64,000 bases of DNA, from positions 21,576,001 through 21,640,000 of the forward strand of contig NC_042999.1 in the NCBI RefSeq assembly GCF_006345805.1. Direction: 5' to 3'. Positions within the stretch are counted from its first letter, which is position 1, and each line of letters opens with the position of its first letter. Positions 23,727-36,231 of the stretch are shown piece by piece. The notes beneath the pieces were generated by a model. It saw only the letters and a program-made list of their open reading frames with translations, was not told the DNA's origin and did no database searches. The position numbers and the translations under genes are program-made. The DNA is from Octopus sinensis (lineage: Eukaryota).

Positions 23727-23799
23727 ATGCACTGAAGAAGCACGGACATTTGAGTTACGTAAATAATTCTTTTTTTAAGGCTGAAACCGATGTATGCAT
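23727..23799 (+). ncRNA. Type I hammerhead ribozyme, intact core, copy 2
   Basis: Stem I ATGCA/TGCAT, CTGAAGA (23732-38), stem II AGC/GCT, GAAA (23783-86), CCGATG, GUA triplet. Predicted cleavage after A23794. Changes relative to copy 1 are compensatory. Confidence 0.8.
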
Positions 23800-24070
23800 T
23801 TAATTCTGTTTTTTATATAATTTTTCATCTGTCCTGCCCGCCAAATTTGGTTCTGGTGTTCGCTGAATTTTTCCTCTAGAGAACTTTCTTTGTAGTTTGA
23901 TCGTTGATGATCTATTTCTAGCATACGGCCGACTACCTAGCAGTCTTGCCCTGCCAATATACACATATATTATAATTTTCTTTGATTTCTCAGATTTTTT
24001 GTATGCTGGACTACTGGTTTTAACTTGATATTAAAATTAATATTAATTTATCTCCCTCATTATTTAAATT

Positions 24071-24131
24071 GATTGATTGATTGATTCTAGTTTCAGCTCA
24101 TGAGCTGTGGCCAAGCTGGGGCACCGCCATT
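24071..24131 (-). mobile_element. Extreme 3' terminus of a CR1-like LINE with (TCAA)n tail
   Basis: Minus strand aaatggcggtgccccagcttggccacagctcatgagctgaaactaga(atca)n; matches the CR1 end at 34514-34560. Confidence 0.75.
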
Positions 24132-24169
<38 letters not shown>

Positions 24170-24220
24170 CACATGTGTGCGCATGTATTTGTTACATACA
24201 CAGACATATATGCATATATA

Positions 24221-24342
24221 TCCGGGTTCAGTCCCACTGCGTGGCACCTTGGACAAGTACCTTCTATTATAGCCTCGGGCCGACCAAAGCCTTGTGAGTG
24301 GACTTCGTAGACGGAAACTGAACGAAGCCCGTCGTAGATATG

Positions 24343-24391
<49 letters not shown>

Positions 24392-24610
24392 GTGTATCTG
24401 TGTGTCTGTGTTTGGCCCCCCCAACATCGCTTGACAACCGATGCTGGTGAGTTTACGTCCCCGTAACTTAGCGGTTCGGCAAAAGAGACCGATAGAGTAA
24501 GTACTAGGCTTACAAAAAAATAAGTCCTGGTGTCGATTTGCTCGACTAAAGGCGGTGCTCCAGCATGGCCGCAGTCAAATGACTGAAATAAATAAAAGAG
24601 TAAAAGAGTA
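24221..24610 (+). mobile_element. SINE-A, 5'-truncated just before the B box
   Basis: Starts tccgggttcagtcccactgcg; full tail present. Confidence 0.92.
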
Positions 24611-25124
24611 AACAGTTTTGTTTTATTTCCATAAAAGCAAGGAGTATTTCCATTGATACTGGATATTACATTCTTTTGAACAGGCACGTATGAAATTGTC
24701 AAACTTGCAGGGAGCCGTGTTAGTGTGAAATCAATTAAATCGTTAGCAATGTGATACTGATAATTCATTTTAAATATCCCGGAAGAATAAAAGCTAAATT
24801 TAATTCTGATAAAGTTGCAATAGCGCGTAAAGGATAAATGTTGTAAAGTAATTTGTGCAGCATTTCGCGGTTTCTGTTAATTTGCTGTCTTCCCATTCGT
24901 AACCCATATTAACGTCACAAGCTAAAGAAGTAACGAGGCATGAGAAGGAATTTCCAATACTCAGCCTATTTGCAATGCGACAGTCTTTGGGATCCGTTTT
25001 GGATTAACGAGAAAAGTGTCTTTCTAAGTCACACACATTGGATTGATGAAATATACAGAAGTAATATATGAAGCTATTTCAAAACTATTTCCTCTCCCAT
25101 AAATGTCGCTTTGGCACAATATCA

Positions 25125-25795
25125 ATTTGGCCCTGTGCTAAATTTTGGCACAAAGACAAAACTTTCACAGTATGGGCTAAGTCGATTAAATCGACCCCAG
25201 TATTCAACTAGTACTTATTTTATCGATCCCGAGATGATGAAAGGTAAAATCTACCTCGGTTGAATTTGAACTTGGAACGTAAAGACGGTTGAATGCCTAT
25301 TTCTTTACTACCGGCAAGGGGCTAAATACAGACAGGACAGACAAGGACAGACAAGGACAGACAAACGGATTAAGTCGATTATATGGACCCCAGTGCGTAA
25401 CTGGTACTTATTTAATACACCCCGAAAGGATGAAAGGCAAAGTCAACCTCGGTGAAATTTGAACTCAGAACGCAACGGCACACGAAATATATTTCTTTAC
25501 TAACTACAAGGGGCTAAACACAGAGGGGACAAACAAGGACAGACAAAGGGATTAAGTCGATTACATCGATCCCAGTGCGTAACTGGTACTTAATTTATCG
25601 ACCCCGAAAGGATGAAAGGCAAAGTCGACCTCGGCGGAATTTGAACCCGGAACGTAACGACAGACGAAATACGGCTATGCATTTCGCCCGGCGTGCTAAC
25701 GTTTCTGCCAGTTCACGCCTTAATGAAATACAAATTCAACCTCACCGGGATTTGAACTCAGAACGTAAAGACGGGGGAATGCCGCTAAGCAGTTT
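25125..25795 (-). mobile_element. SINE-B tandem array (~3 units plus head and an extra fragment)
   Basis: Unit starts at 25298 and 25490; head ends near 25718. Confidence 0.9.
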
Positions 25796-25805
25796 GCCTG
25801 ACATA

Positions 25806-26005
25806 CTCTTTCACTCATTTACTTGTTTCAGTCATTTGACTGCGACCACGCTGGAGCACCGCATTTAGTCGAGTAAATTGACCCCAGAACTTATTCTTTG
25901 TAAGCCTAGTATTTATTCTATCGATCTTTTTGCCGAACCGCTAGGGTACGGGGACGTAAACACACCAGCATTGGTTGTCAAGCGATGTTGGTGGGACAAA
26001 ATGGT
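25806..26005 (-). mobile_element. SINE-A 3' half
   Basis: ttacttgtttcagtcatttgactgcgacc...ggttgtcaagcgatgttgg. Confidence 0.88.
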
Positions 26006-26364
26006 TTACTATACATATATATTTAGTTGAGTGATTAACTATAGAAGGAGGTATATTCTAAACAGATAGAACATTGCGTTCAATAGGGGAAAAAGGAATG
26101 AAAATACCTACTGGAAATTCTTTGTCATTTCCCATAGTCAAGGAATAAAATGAAAAGAAAAACAACAATCAAGTATTATTTCACTAACAATTGAAGTTGT
26201 ATGCTTAGAGAAACTTTGTTAGTTTACTAGGTCACTGACCGCACAACACTGCCGGTAAAATATTTGTTAATCATGCCAGTACCGTCCATTTAATTGCTGT
26301 TATGTAGTGAAAATCTCGTAGCTACACTGGTGAAAACACTCCACCTCTCTATTTATTTTTCACA

Positions 26365-26730
26365 TACACGCAGACACACACATACATACACACACAAAAA
26401 CACACACACACATACATACACACACAAAAACACACACACACATACATACACACACAAAAACACACACACACATACACACACACACAAAAACACACACACA
26501 CATACATACACACACAAAAACACACACACATACATACACACACAAAACACACACACACATACATACACACACACAAAAACACACACACACATACATACAC
26601 ACACAAAAAACACACACACATACATACACACACAAAAACACACACACACATACATACACACAAAAACACACACACACATACATACACACACAAAAACACA
26701 CACACACATACATACACACAAAACACACAC
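26365..26730 (+). repeat. Minisatellite with ~26-30-bp unit CACACACACATACATACACACACAAAAA
   Basis: About 13 units, read directly. Confidence 0.95.
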
Positions 26731-26786
26731 ACCAATTCTCACTGTATTTCTCTCACAGCAACAACAGCAACGGCAACAATAAATCC

Positions 26787-26965
26787 AATGGCCTGGTAGT
26801 TAGGGCAGTGGACTTGCGATCGTAAGAACGCGGTTTCGATTTCCAGACCGGGCATTGTGAGTGTTTATTGAGCAAAAACACCGAAGCTCCATAAGGTTCC
26901 GGTAGGGGTGGTGGTGAACCCCGCTGTAGTCTTTCACCACAATCTTCTCTCACTCTTTCTTCCTA
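26787..26965 (+). mobile_element. SINE with head C, 5' part only
   Basis: aatggcctggtagttagggcag...ggtttcgatttccagacc, matching the copy at 50730-51121. Confidence 0.85.
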
Positions 26966-27496
26966 CTTTCGCCACAAAGCAGAGGAACCATGGTGTAACC
27001 CACTTTCAGACCCTAGTCTAGATTGCGAATCCTCTGTACCCCAGGATGGTTCAGCTCTCCACCCGTTAAAAGCCACCGTTTACAGAATGAGGATAACAAC
27101 GTAGCTTTCACGCCCGTGCAACCGCCAGTCTATCGCGTGTGGTGGGTGGATCTTCAAGTTGCCGCACGCATTCTTAGTAGCTTAGAGTAGGCTCGAATTA
27201 GAGATTATTCACTGTGGCTAATAGCGTGAGTTCTGATTGGAAGAAGAAGAACAACAAGAATAACATGTTATTCTTGAAACATTTTAATTCTATTTTTCAC
27301 ACACACGCGTACACACTTACACACACACACATGTACACACATGCGCACACGCAGAAATACATACACACATACGGACGTACGCACCTACACACACACGCAC
27401 ACAAACAACGGAAATGGCTATTTATATTGCTATATAATGAACGTCTTTTTTTTTTTTTGAAACTGTGTTGCATTATTTTGACTCAAATAAATGTTC

Positions 27497-27702
27497 CTTC
27501 TCGAGCCATGCCAGGCTCATAAGGGACGGTTCCCCGGTCTCAGTGGTGTAGAAATTACTCATTTTTGGCAGCTCAGTGGACTGGAGCAACGTGAAATGAA
27601 GTGTTTTGCTCAAGAACACAACGCTTCGCCCGGTCCAGGAATCGAAACCACAACGTTACGATCATGAGTTCAACACCCAAACCACTAAACCACGCGCCTC
27701 CA
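27497..27702 (-). mobile_element. SINE with head D plus short tail X
   Basis: Head gaggcgcgtggtttagtgg, core ttgagcaaaacacttcatttcacgttgctccagtccac, tail homologous to 47788-47840. Confidence 0.75.
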
Positions 27703-27802
27703 CTTTATTTTGACAGAGGTGCACTTAAAATCCCCGTTTTAGTTACTATGATGATAAGACTACCTACCTATCTACCTACCTTATTTCTATCGTTCACTCA
27801 TA

Positions 27803-27835
<33 letters not shown>

Positions 27836-28240
27836 TCTTTCCGTATTTCTCTTCGTACAACTTTTTCTCTAACCCTTTTTAATAAAAATACACAGTGACG
27901 TATAATAAAATTCCTCCCCTTTTTTCCCTCATTCTATTAGATGACATGACACAGGCAGACGGATATTAGTTTCTCATTTATAATATATAAATATGTTTCC
28001 CATCGATAAAAATACATACTCACATAACTATGTTGCTAAGTAGAATTTCAAGTAGGAAACGAGCAATAAGAAAATTTTGGTTACTAAACTTTATTTAAAT
28101 ACGTAAAGAAAATATGTCAAGTGGGCTAGTGTTACGATAAGTCGAAATATGTGGCCAACTCTTCAATGTCATATTCAAATGCCTATCAGTAAACTAAAAT
28201 CTGTATCCTTGTTATAGAAGGACAATAAAACTTTTGTTTT

Positions 28241-28854
28241 CTTACTCTCTTTACTCTTTACTCTTTTAATTGTTTCAGTCATTAGTCGAGCAAATCAAAC
28301 CCCAGGACTTATTCTTTGTAAGCCTAGTACTTATTCTATCGGTCTCTTTTGCCGAACCGCTAGTTTACGGTCACGTAAACTCACCAGCATCGGTTGTCAA
28401 GCGATGTTGGAGGTTACTAACACAGGCACACAAACACACACATATATACATATACATATATACGATGGGCTTCTTTCAGTTTCCGTCTACCAGATCCACT
28501 CACAAGGCTTTGGTCGGCCCGAGGCTATAGTAGAAGACACTTGCCCAAGGTACCATGCAGTGGGAATGAACCCGGAACCATGTGGTTGGTAAGCAATCTA
28601 CTTACCACACAGCTACTCCTCGCCTGTTGTCCATTCTCTTTTAGCCTTTGCTTGTTTCCATTAATTGCGACCATGCTGTAGCACTGTCTTGAAGTGTTTT
28701 TAGTCGAACAAATTAATCTCAGGTGTTACTAGTTTTTTAAGCCTAGTACTTATTCTATCGTTCCCTTGCCGAACTGCAAAGTTACGGGAGCGTATACACA
28801 CCAACGGCAGTTGGCAAGCTGTGGTGCAGGACAAACATATAGAGAAACACACAA

Positions 28855-28887
<33 letters not shown>

Positions 28888-29065
28888 ATTATATATATAT
28901 GCGTCGGGCTTCTTTCAGTTTCCATCTACCAATTACACCCAGGGAGTTTTGGTCGTCCGAGGTTAAAGTAAAAGTCACTTCATCAAGATGCCACGCACTT
29001 GGACTGAACCTGGAACCATGTTGTTGGAAAGCAAGCTTCTTACCACACGGCCACGTCTGCCCCTA
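28241..29065 (-). mobile_element. Two adjacent SINE-A copies (28241-28625; diverged copy 28640-29065)
   Basis: Both show head, core and tail in the same orientation. Confidence 0.85.
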
Positions 29066-29325
29066 TGTGGATCTCAGAAAGAAAAATGGAAATGATTTCA
29101 ATGGAAGTAAATTCAATTAATATGACATTAAGTCCACAAAAAATATAGTTTTCAAACTCAAGGAGGAAAGAAATTCCCTAATATTTGTTAGCAAGTTAGG
29201 TGGCAGTTATAAATATTATTATTCGTCAATTTTCTTTGGGGAATAAACGGGACTTTTAGTACTGGGCTAGAAAAAGAGCGACAAGTGTTGGGATTTTAAT
29301 TTTCAACTCTTCTGGCTGCTATTTC

Positions 29326-29774
29326 GGATCTTTTCGGTTTGAACGGGAGCTTTTAACATAATTTCTAGGTAACTAAAAAATTTTAAACTTCGTTTTCTGG
29401 TAGAATGTGTTTATAAAACATCTATTTCTCTTGACTTTATTGAGAAAATTCTATAGTTTGTAAGATATTTGTTGTGTTTTTTCTTCAATTTCTGCAATTT
29501 CAACCAATCAATGACATGTACTGAGGTAAAAAATCATTCTGTGCCGTATGAATATGTCCCTCGTTTAAGAAACAGATTGGGTTTATATACATTTGTGAAG
29601 AAAAAAAGATACCCTTTCCCCACCTCTAGCCCTAACCGTAACCCTAACTAACCCTAACTAACCCTAACCCTAAAACAGATTGAAATGCAATAGATCGATA
29701 CTAGGGTCATAATTATGGGTGACAATTTCATATGACACCGCTAGAAAAATCTGCCGTTCAAACCGAAAAGATCC
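29326..29774. mobile_element. 449-bp MITE with 24-bp TIRs, 8-bp TSD and internal CCCTAA repeats
   Basis: TIR GGATCTTTTCGGTTTGAACGG(G/C)AG; TSD GCTATTTC at 29318-29325 and 29775-29782; telomere-like repeats at about 29629-29672. Confidence 0.92.
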
Positions 29775-30654
29775 GCTATTTCTGCCACGTTTAGCAACTA
29801 CCCACAGTTCCTCTTGTTCGTTCGCGACATCCTAAAAAAATAATTGTAAGCGTCTCACGTACATGCATCTTATCTGACGTTCACCAACACCTTTCTTTAT
29901 AAATATAAAACTGCATTTCCAATTACATTCCAATAATAAAGTGAATGTTACTAATTCTTTAGTTTAATATTGGTTTGGAACTGGAGATACATGATTCTAC
30001 AATGGTAAGAGTCATTTATGAACGAGGCAAAGAAATACTTTATTTTGCTTCTAATTTGAAAGTAATATTTTATAAGACCGAAGAAATGTATTTTTTCATT
30101 AATTTTCAGTTTCGTCTACATGTGATTGATAACGTAAATGAGATTGATAACATAACCGACTAATGCTAAACGGCAAACAAACTAGAGTGTGGTTTTTACT
30201 CCCCGGGAGCTCGTATTTCGAAATGAAAAGGACTCTATTAATAACTTCCAAACAAAGCGAGAGTAAAAAAAAACTGATTTGTGTCAAGAGGTGAAGTTTT
30301 TCCAATATATTGGTATGCAAATATCAATCAACTTTTTTTATTTCATTATATTCATCCCAGTGTCTTAGTTCTAAACACTTAATAATTATCTTTCTCGTTT
30401 TCTTCTGAGAAATTAATTGCTCTTCGTCCGCCTATCATCCGAACGAAAATGACTTGGAATATTTTGTACTGCATAATTTGCGTCCCTTATCTTCGTGTAA
30501 AAGTATTTCTTGTGTATTTAATCAGATGTCTCTAAACAAACCGAGAAAGAAAATGAACTTTTTTTGCTTTATAGGCGTTCATTTAAATAACAACTTTTCT
30601 GCGTTCCTTGTTTTAGTGACAAAAGAACAATGCCGAATACTTATAGTTTAGTAG

Positions 30655-31258
30655 TATTTATTTCTTTATTGCTAACAAGGGGGCTAAACATAGAGGGAAC
30701 AAACAAGGACAGACAAAGGGATTAAATCGAATGCGTCGACCCCAGTGCGTAACTGACACTTATTTAATCGACTCTGAAAGGATGAAAGGCAAAGTCGACC
30801 TCAGCGGAATTTGAATCAGAACGTAACGGCTGACGAAATAACTATTTCTTCACTACCCACAAGGGGCTGAACACAGAGGGGACAAACAAGGACAGTCAGA
30901 TGGATTAAGTCAATTATATCGACCCCAGTGCGTAACTGGTACTTATTTAATCGACCCCGAAAGGATGAAAGGCAAAGTCGACCTCAGCGGAATTTGAACT
31001 CAGAACGAAGCGGCAGACAAAATACCTATTTCTTTACTGCCCACAAGGAGCTACACACAGATGGGACAAACAAGGACTGACAAACGGATTGGATCGATTA
31101 TATCGACCCTAGTGCGTAACTGGTACTTAATTAATCGACCCCAAAACAATGAGAAATAAAGTCGACCTCGGCTGAATTTGAACTCAGAACATGGCGGCAG
31201 ACGAAATACCGCTACGCATTTCGCCCGGCGTGCTAACATTTCTGCCAGCTCGCTGCCC
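30655..31258 (-). mobile_element. SINE-B tandem array (3 x 184 bp plus head)
   Basis: Unit starts at 30659, 30843 and 31027. Confidence 0.95.
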
Positions 31259-32235
31259 ACTGATAACCTGTATTGGTTAACTCTGTCATCGGGATTAGCT
31301 TATTTTCTTATCAATGTTTACTCGTTGTTGAACATCTGCAAAACTTTAATCAAGTTGGAAGAAGACATTCGGCTAAAAGAAGAAAATATGTTTTTCTGGA
31401 ATATGCCGGTCTTCTACTACATAGAAAGTATTATGAACATCATGCCGTTTTTTTTTTTAATAGATAAAAAGGCGTAATGAAATTTGGTAGTGCGCAAATT
31501 GCGAGAGCAAAACATATACAGCGGAATTCCTCTGCTTTTACATAACGAAGAAAATCAAACTTAAAATTATGAATCTACTTCAGCGTCCAAAGATATTCTG
31601 AGAATCTGCAGTTCATTGCTCTCTGTAGGACTTACCGTATAATTGGAAAGTTTTGCAGCTACTCGCTACGAGTAAGAGAATCATGAAAGACCATCAGCTT
31701 TCAAGACTCTATGTAAATATTAACTAAGCTTGTGTCAATCTCACTTGAAGGTCATCAGCCTGCACTACAATCTATTGAAGCTTAACTCAATAATTATGCA
31801 GTCTACTGACCGCTTAGAGATACCAGATATATGACAATATGGCAGATAAGTGGAATTAACGCCTCCGGATGATTGAATCATAGTTACTTGGATGTGTATA
31901 CACTTAAAATAACCTACGAACTTGCGGTCCTTTATATATTTGAATTATATGATAGATTCAATCGAGTGTCTCAATCTTTTCTTTTAGAAATAAATCTGCA
32001 GCCTTAATTGCATTTAATAGCTAAGTTGTTTTATTATTATTGATAAGACGTGTCAAAATTAGAAGACTACAAGGATTGATAACAATCGCAATCTAAACAT
32101 AGGAGTTAATTGAGATCTTTGTTTTGTTTTGTTTTTTATCTTCCCATGATTGCATCCAATCTGGCATTGATGCTAATAACAACAGCATTATAGAAAAAAA
32201 TAATCGATTCCAGAAGACCGGATGATTAACGATGA

Positions 32236-32298
<63 letters not shown>

Positions 32299-33749
32299 TA
32301 TAAACTACTTAAATATCTGTATACACACATACATAAACACAGTCACACACACATATATATATATATGCATGTATATATATATATATAAATATATGAGTGC
32401 ACATATATATTTACATACATATATATCTATGCATGTATATCTATCAATATATCTACACGTACACACAGGCATATATATATATAAATATGTGTGTGTCTGT
32501 GTGTGTGTATGTATATTTATGAGGAGGATAGTGACTATCGAAGAGAAATCAAAATATACAAAGTCAGGAGAAATCAATAGCTAACGAAAGACTTCAATAA
32601 ATTAACTGTTTCGAGATTAGTTCATTTATTGAGAAATCAATAATAATAACATAATGGAGTGTATTCACATACATACGTACACATACACACCTACGTATTC
32701 CGATACATACATATGCAAACAATATCACATACAAGTCAATATGTATTTGTGTTTGTTTATTTGAATATATTGTGTATAATATACAAATCTCCTTGTATGA
32801 AACAAAATATTCAGAACTGGGTGGCATAAACCAGGCTGTTGCTGTTTTCCGCAGTATATCATTTGCAAAGCTTTCTTTATTTATGACATTAGGTATGTGT
32901 TTACTTGTCTGAGTTTGTCTCTTGGTGAAACAATTGACATAATACTCAAGTCTCTGCTAATGTATTTGTGTTAAACTCAATGTCATGTTTTACCTAAACT
33001 CATAAAAGCATGAGACCATCACCGACTTTGTAAACTGTTGGCTATTGTAAAAGGGTTTAAAGCAAAACATATAGGTGTATGCATGACTGTGTGAGTTAGA
33101 AGGTTGCTTACCAATCACTTGAGTCTACATTCGAACCAAAAATACTGTTATTGTTTGACGGAAATTATGGCGGCGAGAAAGCAGAATGCCTACAACGTCG
33201 GAAAAGAACGCTTTGCGCTATTAATTTCGATTCATTACATTCGATGTTGAATTTCTGTCGTGTACGACTTAGCATTTCATCTTTTCCGGATCGGTAAAAT
33301 GAATTCTAATGAACCAGATTTATTTGTTTGCATATGTAAAAGTCAAAAATAATTATTTGTCTTAAATATTGCTTTAACATGTTAAGGAGTCATAGGAACA
33401 TCGTCGCGACTTGCCGCTTGTCTCATGCAATCTTAGACCTTCAAGAGTCCAGGATGGGCTCTTCCCAGAAGGGAATAAAGACAGAGACAAAATATGAGAG
33501 ACAGAGACAGCGAGACAGGCAGACAGACAAGTACGCAGTGAAAAAGAAATCAAAGTTACACAGTACAGGTATTTATTTAAAGAAATCAAAAGGTGAAATG
33601 TAAAGCTAACTTCATCAATATTTGAAGAAAATTAATGCATCGAACAAGAATTCTTCAATGGAATTGATCTCTATATATTTGCTTCATGCTTTGTTTTTTA
33701 CACAAGAACTTTTGGAAGTTTTGTCTTCCTTCGCGGTCCTGGCTTCTAT

Positions 33750-34000
33750 ACCAGAGCGTCGCACAGTGAGTGAGTCTTTACCACTATAACCTCGGACCGG
33801 GCATATGCCTTTGAGTGGACTTGGTAGAAAGAAACTGAAAGAAGACCGTCGCATGTGTGTGTGTATGTGTGTCTTTCTGTCTGTGTTTGTCCACCATCAA
33901 CCACTGTGTTTACGTACCCATAACTTAGTCATAATAACGAATTGAAGGGCCAGTTGTTTATAAAAACGTACCGGGGTAAATTCGATTACGAATTATTTAA
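33750..34000 (+). mobile_element. Old SINE-A fragment
   Basis: gagtggacttggtagaaagaaactgaaagaagaccgtcg...tttacgtacccataacttag. Confidence 0.7.
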
Positions 34001-34507
34001 GGCGGGTTTGAGTGGCTTTAATCTACTGCCAGAAAGAAGTAAAAATATGTGACACACATACAAATGTGCGTATGTGTATGATTGCATTTGTTTCTATATT
34101 ATATCACATTAAACTTATGGTTTATGTTCAGATGTCATGTTGGATAACGACTCCCCTACTTTAGCAATTGTGGTTATTGACACCACTTAAGTTTTGAGTA
34201 TGTTTAAAACAACAATAGTCATCTTAACTAAATTTCCGATTTTTCCTACTTGATAGTTGAAGTATTCTATTATACTTTTCCATCATAAACGTTATGAAGA
34301 AGTGAAATCGAGTTTCCTCAAAAGCTTTGTGTACCTATAATTAGCCCAAACTTTCGTTCTAACTAGCAGTATAAGCCGGCTTTACCTGGGATTAAGTTAA
34401 GATTATTAAGCTAATCAAGTTCTTTCTTTCAAGTCAAACTAAGTAACATCGACGTCAAATTTAGGCGAAATCCGTTGAAATACTTTTATATAATTATTAT
34501 TTTTATT

Positions 34508-35033
34508 ATTTCATCTAGTTTCAGCTTAGGAGCTGTGGCCATGCAGGGGCACCGCCATTTGGTGTTGCTACATAATTTTACTTCACGAATGCTTTTTAGT
34601 AATTGACATTTGGTGCATGAGAGAGTTTGATGCAGCTGCCCTCATCTGCACTTCCTGCTGCGAAGCTGGTTCATCTGGGACACCTGACAGGAAAAGGTCC
34701 AGCTTTATTTTGAATACACCTACATCTACCCCATGCAGGTCCTTCGGTGGGATATTGAAGAACTGTAGACCTTTGTAGCCCAGGCTATTGCAGTGTCTTG
34801 TCCTACGTCTTGATGGAAAATTTGGAGTCCTTGGTACTATGCAGTGGCTCCCAGTTCTACTATTTGTGTAACTCACGATGCCAAGTTTGGGACAAGTCCT
34901 TCCAGGATCTTCCAGATGTATATTATTGCATATCATTCTCGCCTACGCTCTAAGGAATAGAGTCTTCATCTCTTGAGTCTTTCCCAATAGCATATATGCT
35001 GCATAGAGGCTATTTTCTTCGTGTAGCTTCGTT

Positions 35034-35036
<3 letters not shown>
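34508..35036 (-). mobile_element. CR1-like LINE 3' end with complete 3'UTR terminus
   Basis: QRSYTKKIASMQHICYWERLKR*RLYSLERRRE*YAIIYIWKILEGLVPN...KLDLFLSGVPDEP...RAAASNSLMHQ. Confidence 0.9.
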
Positions 35037-35094
<58 letters not shown>

Positions 35095-35558
35095 TAGATA
35101 GATAGATAGATATAGATATATATATGTGTGTGTGTATGGGCAACACACACACGAACATACACACATGTACGTACATACACCTATTACATACATATTTTTT
35201 GTACGCATACATGCTCATGTGTGTGTGTGTGTGGGTGTGTGGGTGGATGTGGGTGTCGTCCGTATATCAACAAAACACTCTTTTCCTCGATGGAAATAAA
35301 AAACAACAAAAGTCTTAACAAAAACTTACTCGTCGCTAGAAGGGGACATAACTCCTGTTTGCAAACAATGGTGATTTCTCCGACTTGAAAATTGTTAAAA
35401 GTTTTGGTTGAAAATTTATTTTTTACTGCTATTCGATGGTGCCTGTGGGGAAAATAAGTTGACGAAAATACAGCTAGGATCATGACGAATATCATCCTAA
35501 AATTGGAGCAACATGCGTGCTAATTTGTGGACGTGCACAAATTACATTCACGTACACT

Positions 35559-35642
<84 letters not shown>

Positions 35643-35915
35643 AACATGCTGCCTTTTATATATACAGATTACCAAACTCTCACGTGTGTATAATAGCAAC
35701 ATACTTGCTATTCCATTTCATATGGATGGTCACATTCTTCATTCGCTTTTTTTAATATTGCATTATTAGGCATTATAAAGAAAGTTACTCGCAACATACA
35801 CTGTTATCGCAATGCAGTCGTCGAGAGACATGTCTCCAAACAGACAGAAGAATCTAGTCACATTCATTATCATGACCAAATAATCAGTATCATATCAATT
35901 AAACTGTCATGCACT

Positions 35916-36231
35916 AGGAGCACTCCGTCGGTTACGACGACGAGGGTCCCAGCTTATAAGATCAACGGAACAGCCTGCTCAGGAAATTAACGTGCAAGTG
36001 ACAGAGCAATCCACAGACACGCGTACCCCTAACATAGTTCTCAGGGAGATTCAGCGTCATACAAAGTGTGACAAGACCAGCCCTTTGAAATACAGGTACA
36101 ACTCATTTTAGCCAGCTGTGTGGACTGGAGCAACGAGAAATGAAGTGTCTTGCTCAAGGATACAACGCGTCATCGAGAATCGAACTCACGACCTTACAAC
36201 TGTGAGCCGAATGCCCTAACCACTAAGCCAC
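35916..36231 (-). mobile_element. SINE with head D plus tail Y
   Basis: A box TGGCTTAGTGG, B box GAGTTCGATTC, core tccttgagcaagacactt, tail ...ctcgtcgtcgtaaccgacggagtgctcct. Confidence 0.88.

Larger units (their letters stand above)
23165..24069 (+). repeat. Tandem duplication of ~360 bp with ~542-544-bp period (23165-23526 and 23708-24069)
   Basis: The ~265 bp downstream of each HHR are nearly identical between copies; the HHR regions are clearly more diverged. Confidence 0.95.

Noticed and set aside
29629-29672. CCCTAA repeats as a telomere or chromosome-fusion site
   Set aside because: Short, degenerate and enclosed within a TIR/TSD-bounded MITE.
30655-31258. Regularly spaced repeats as a CRISPR array
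   Set aside because: 184-bp units repeat in full with no unique spacers; eukaryotic SINE context; no cas genes.
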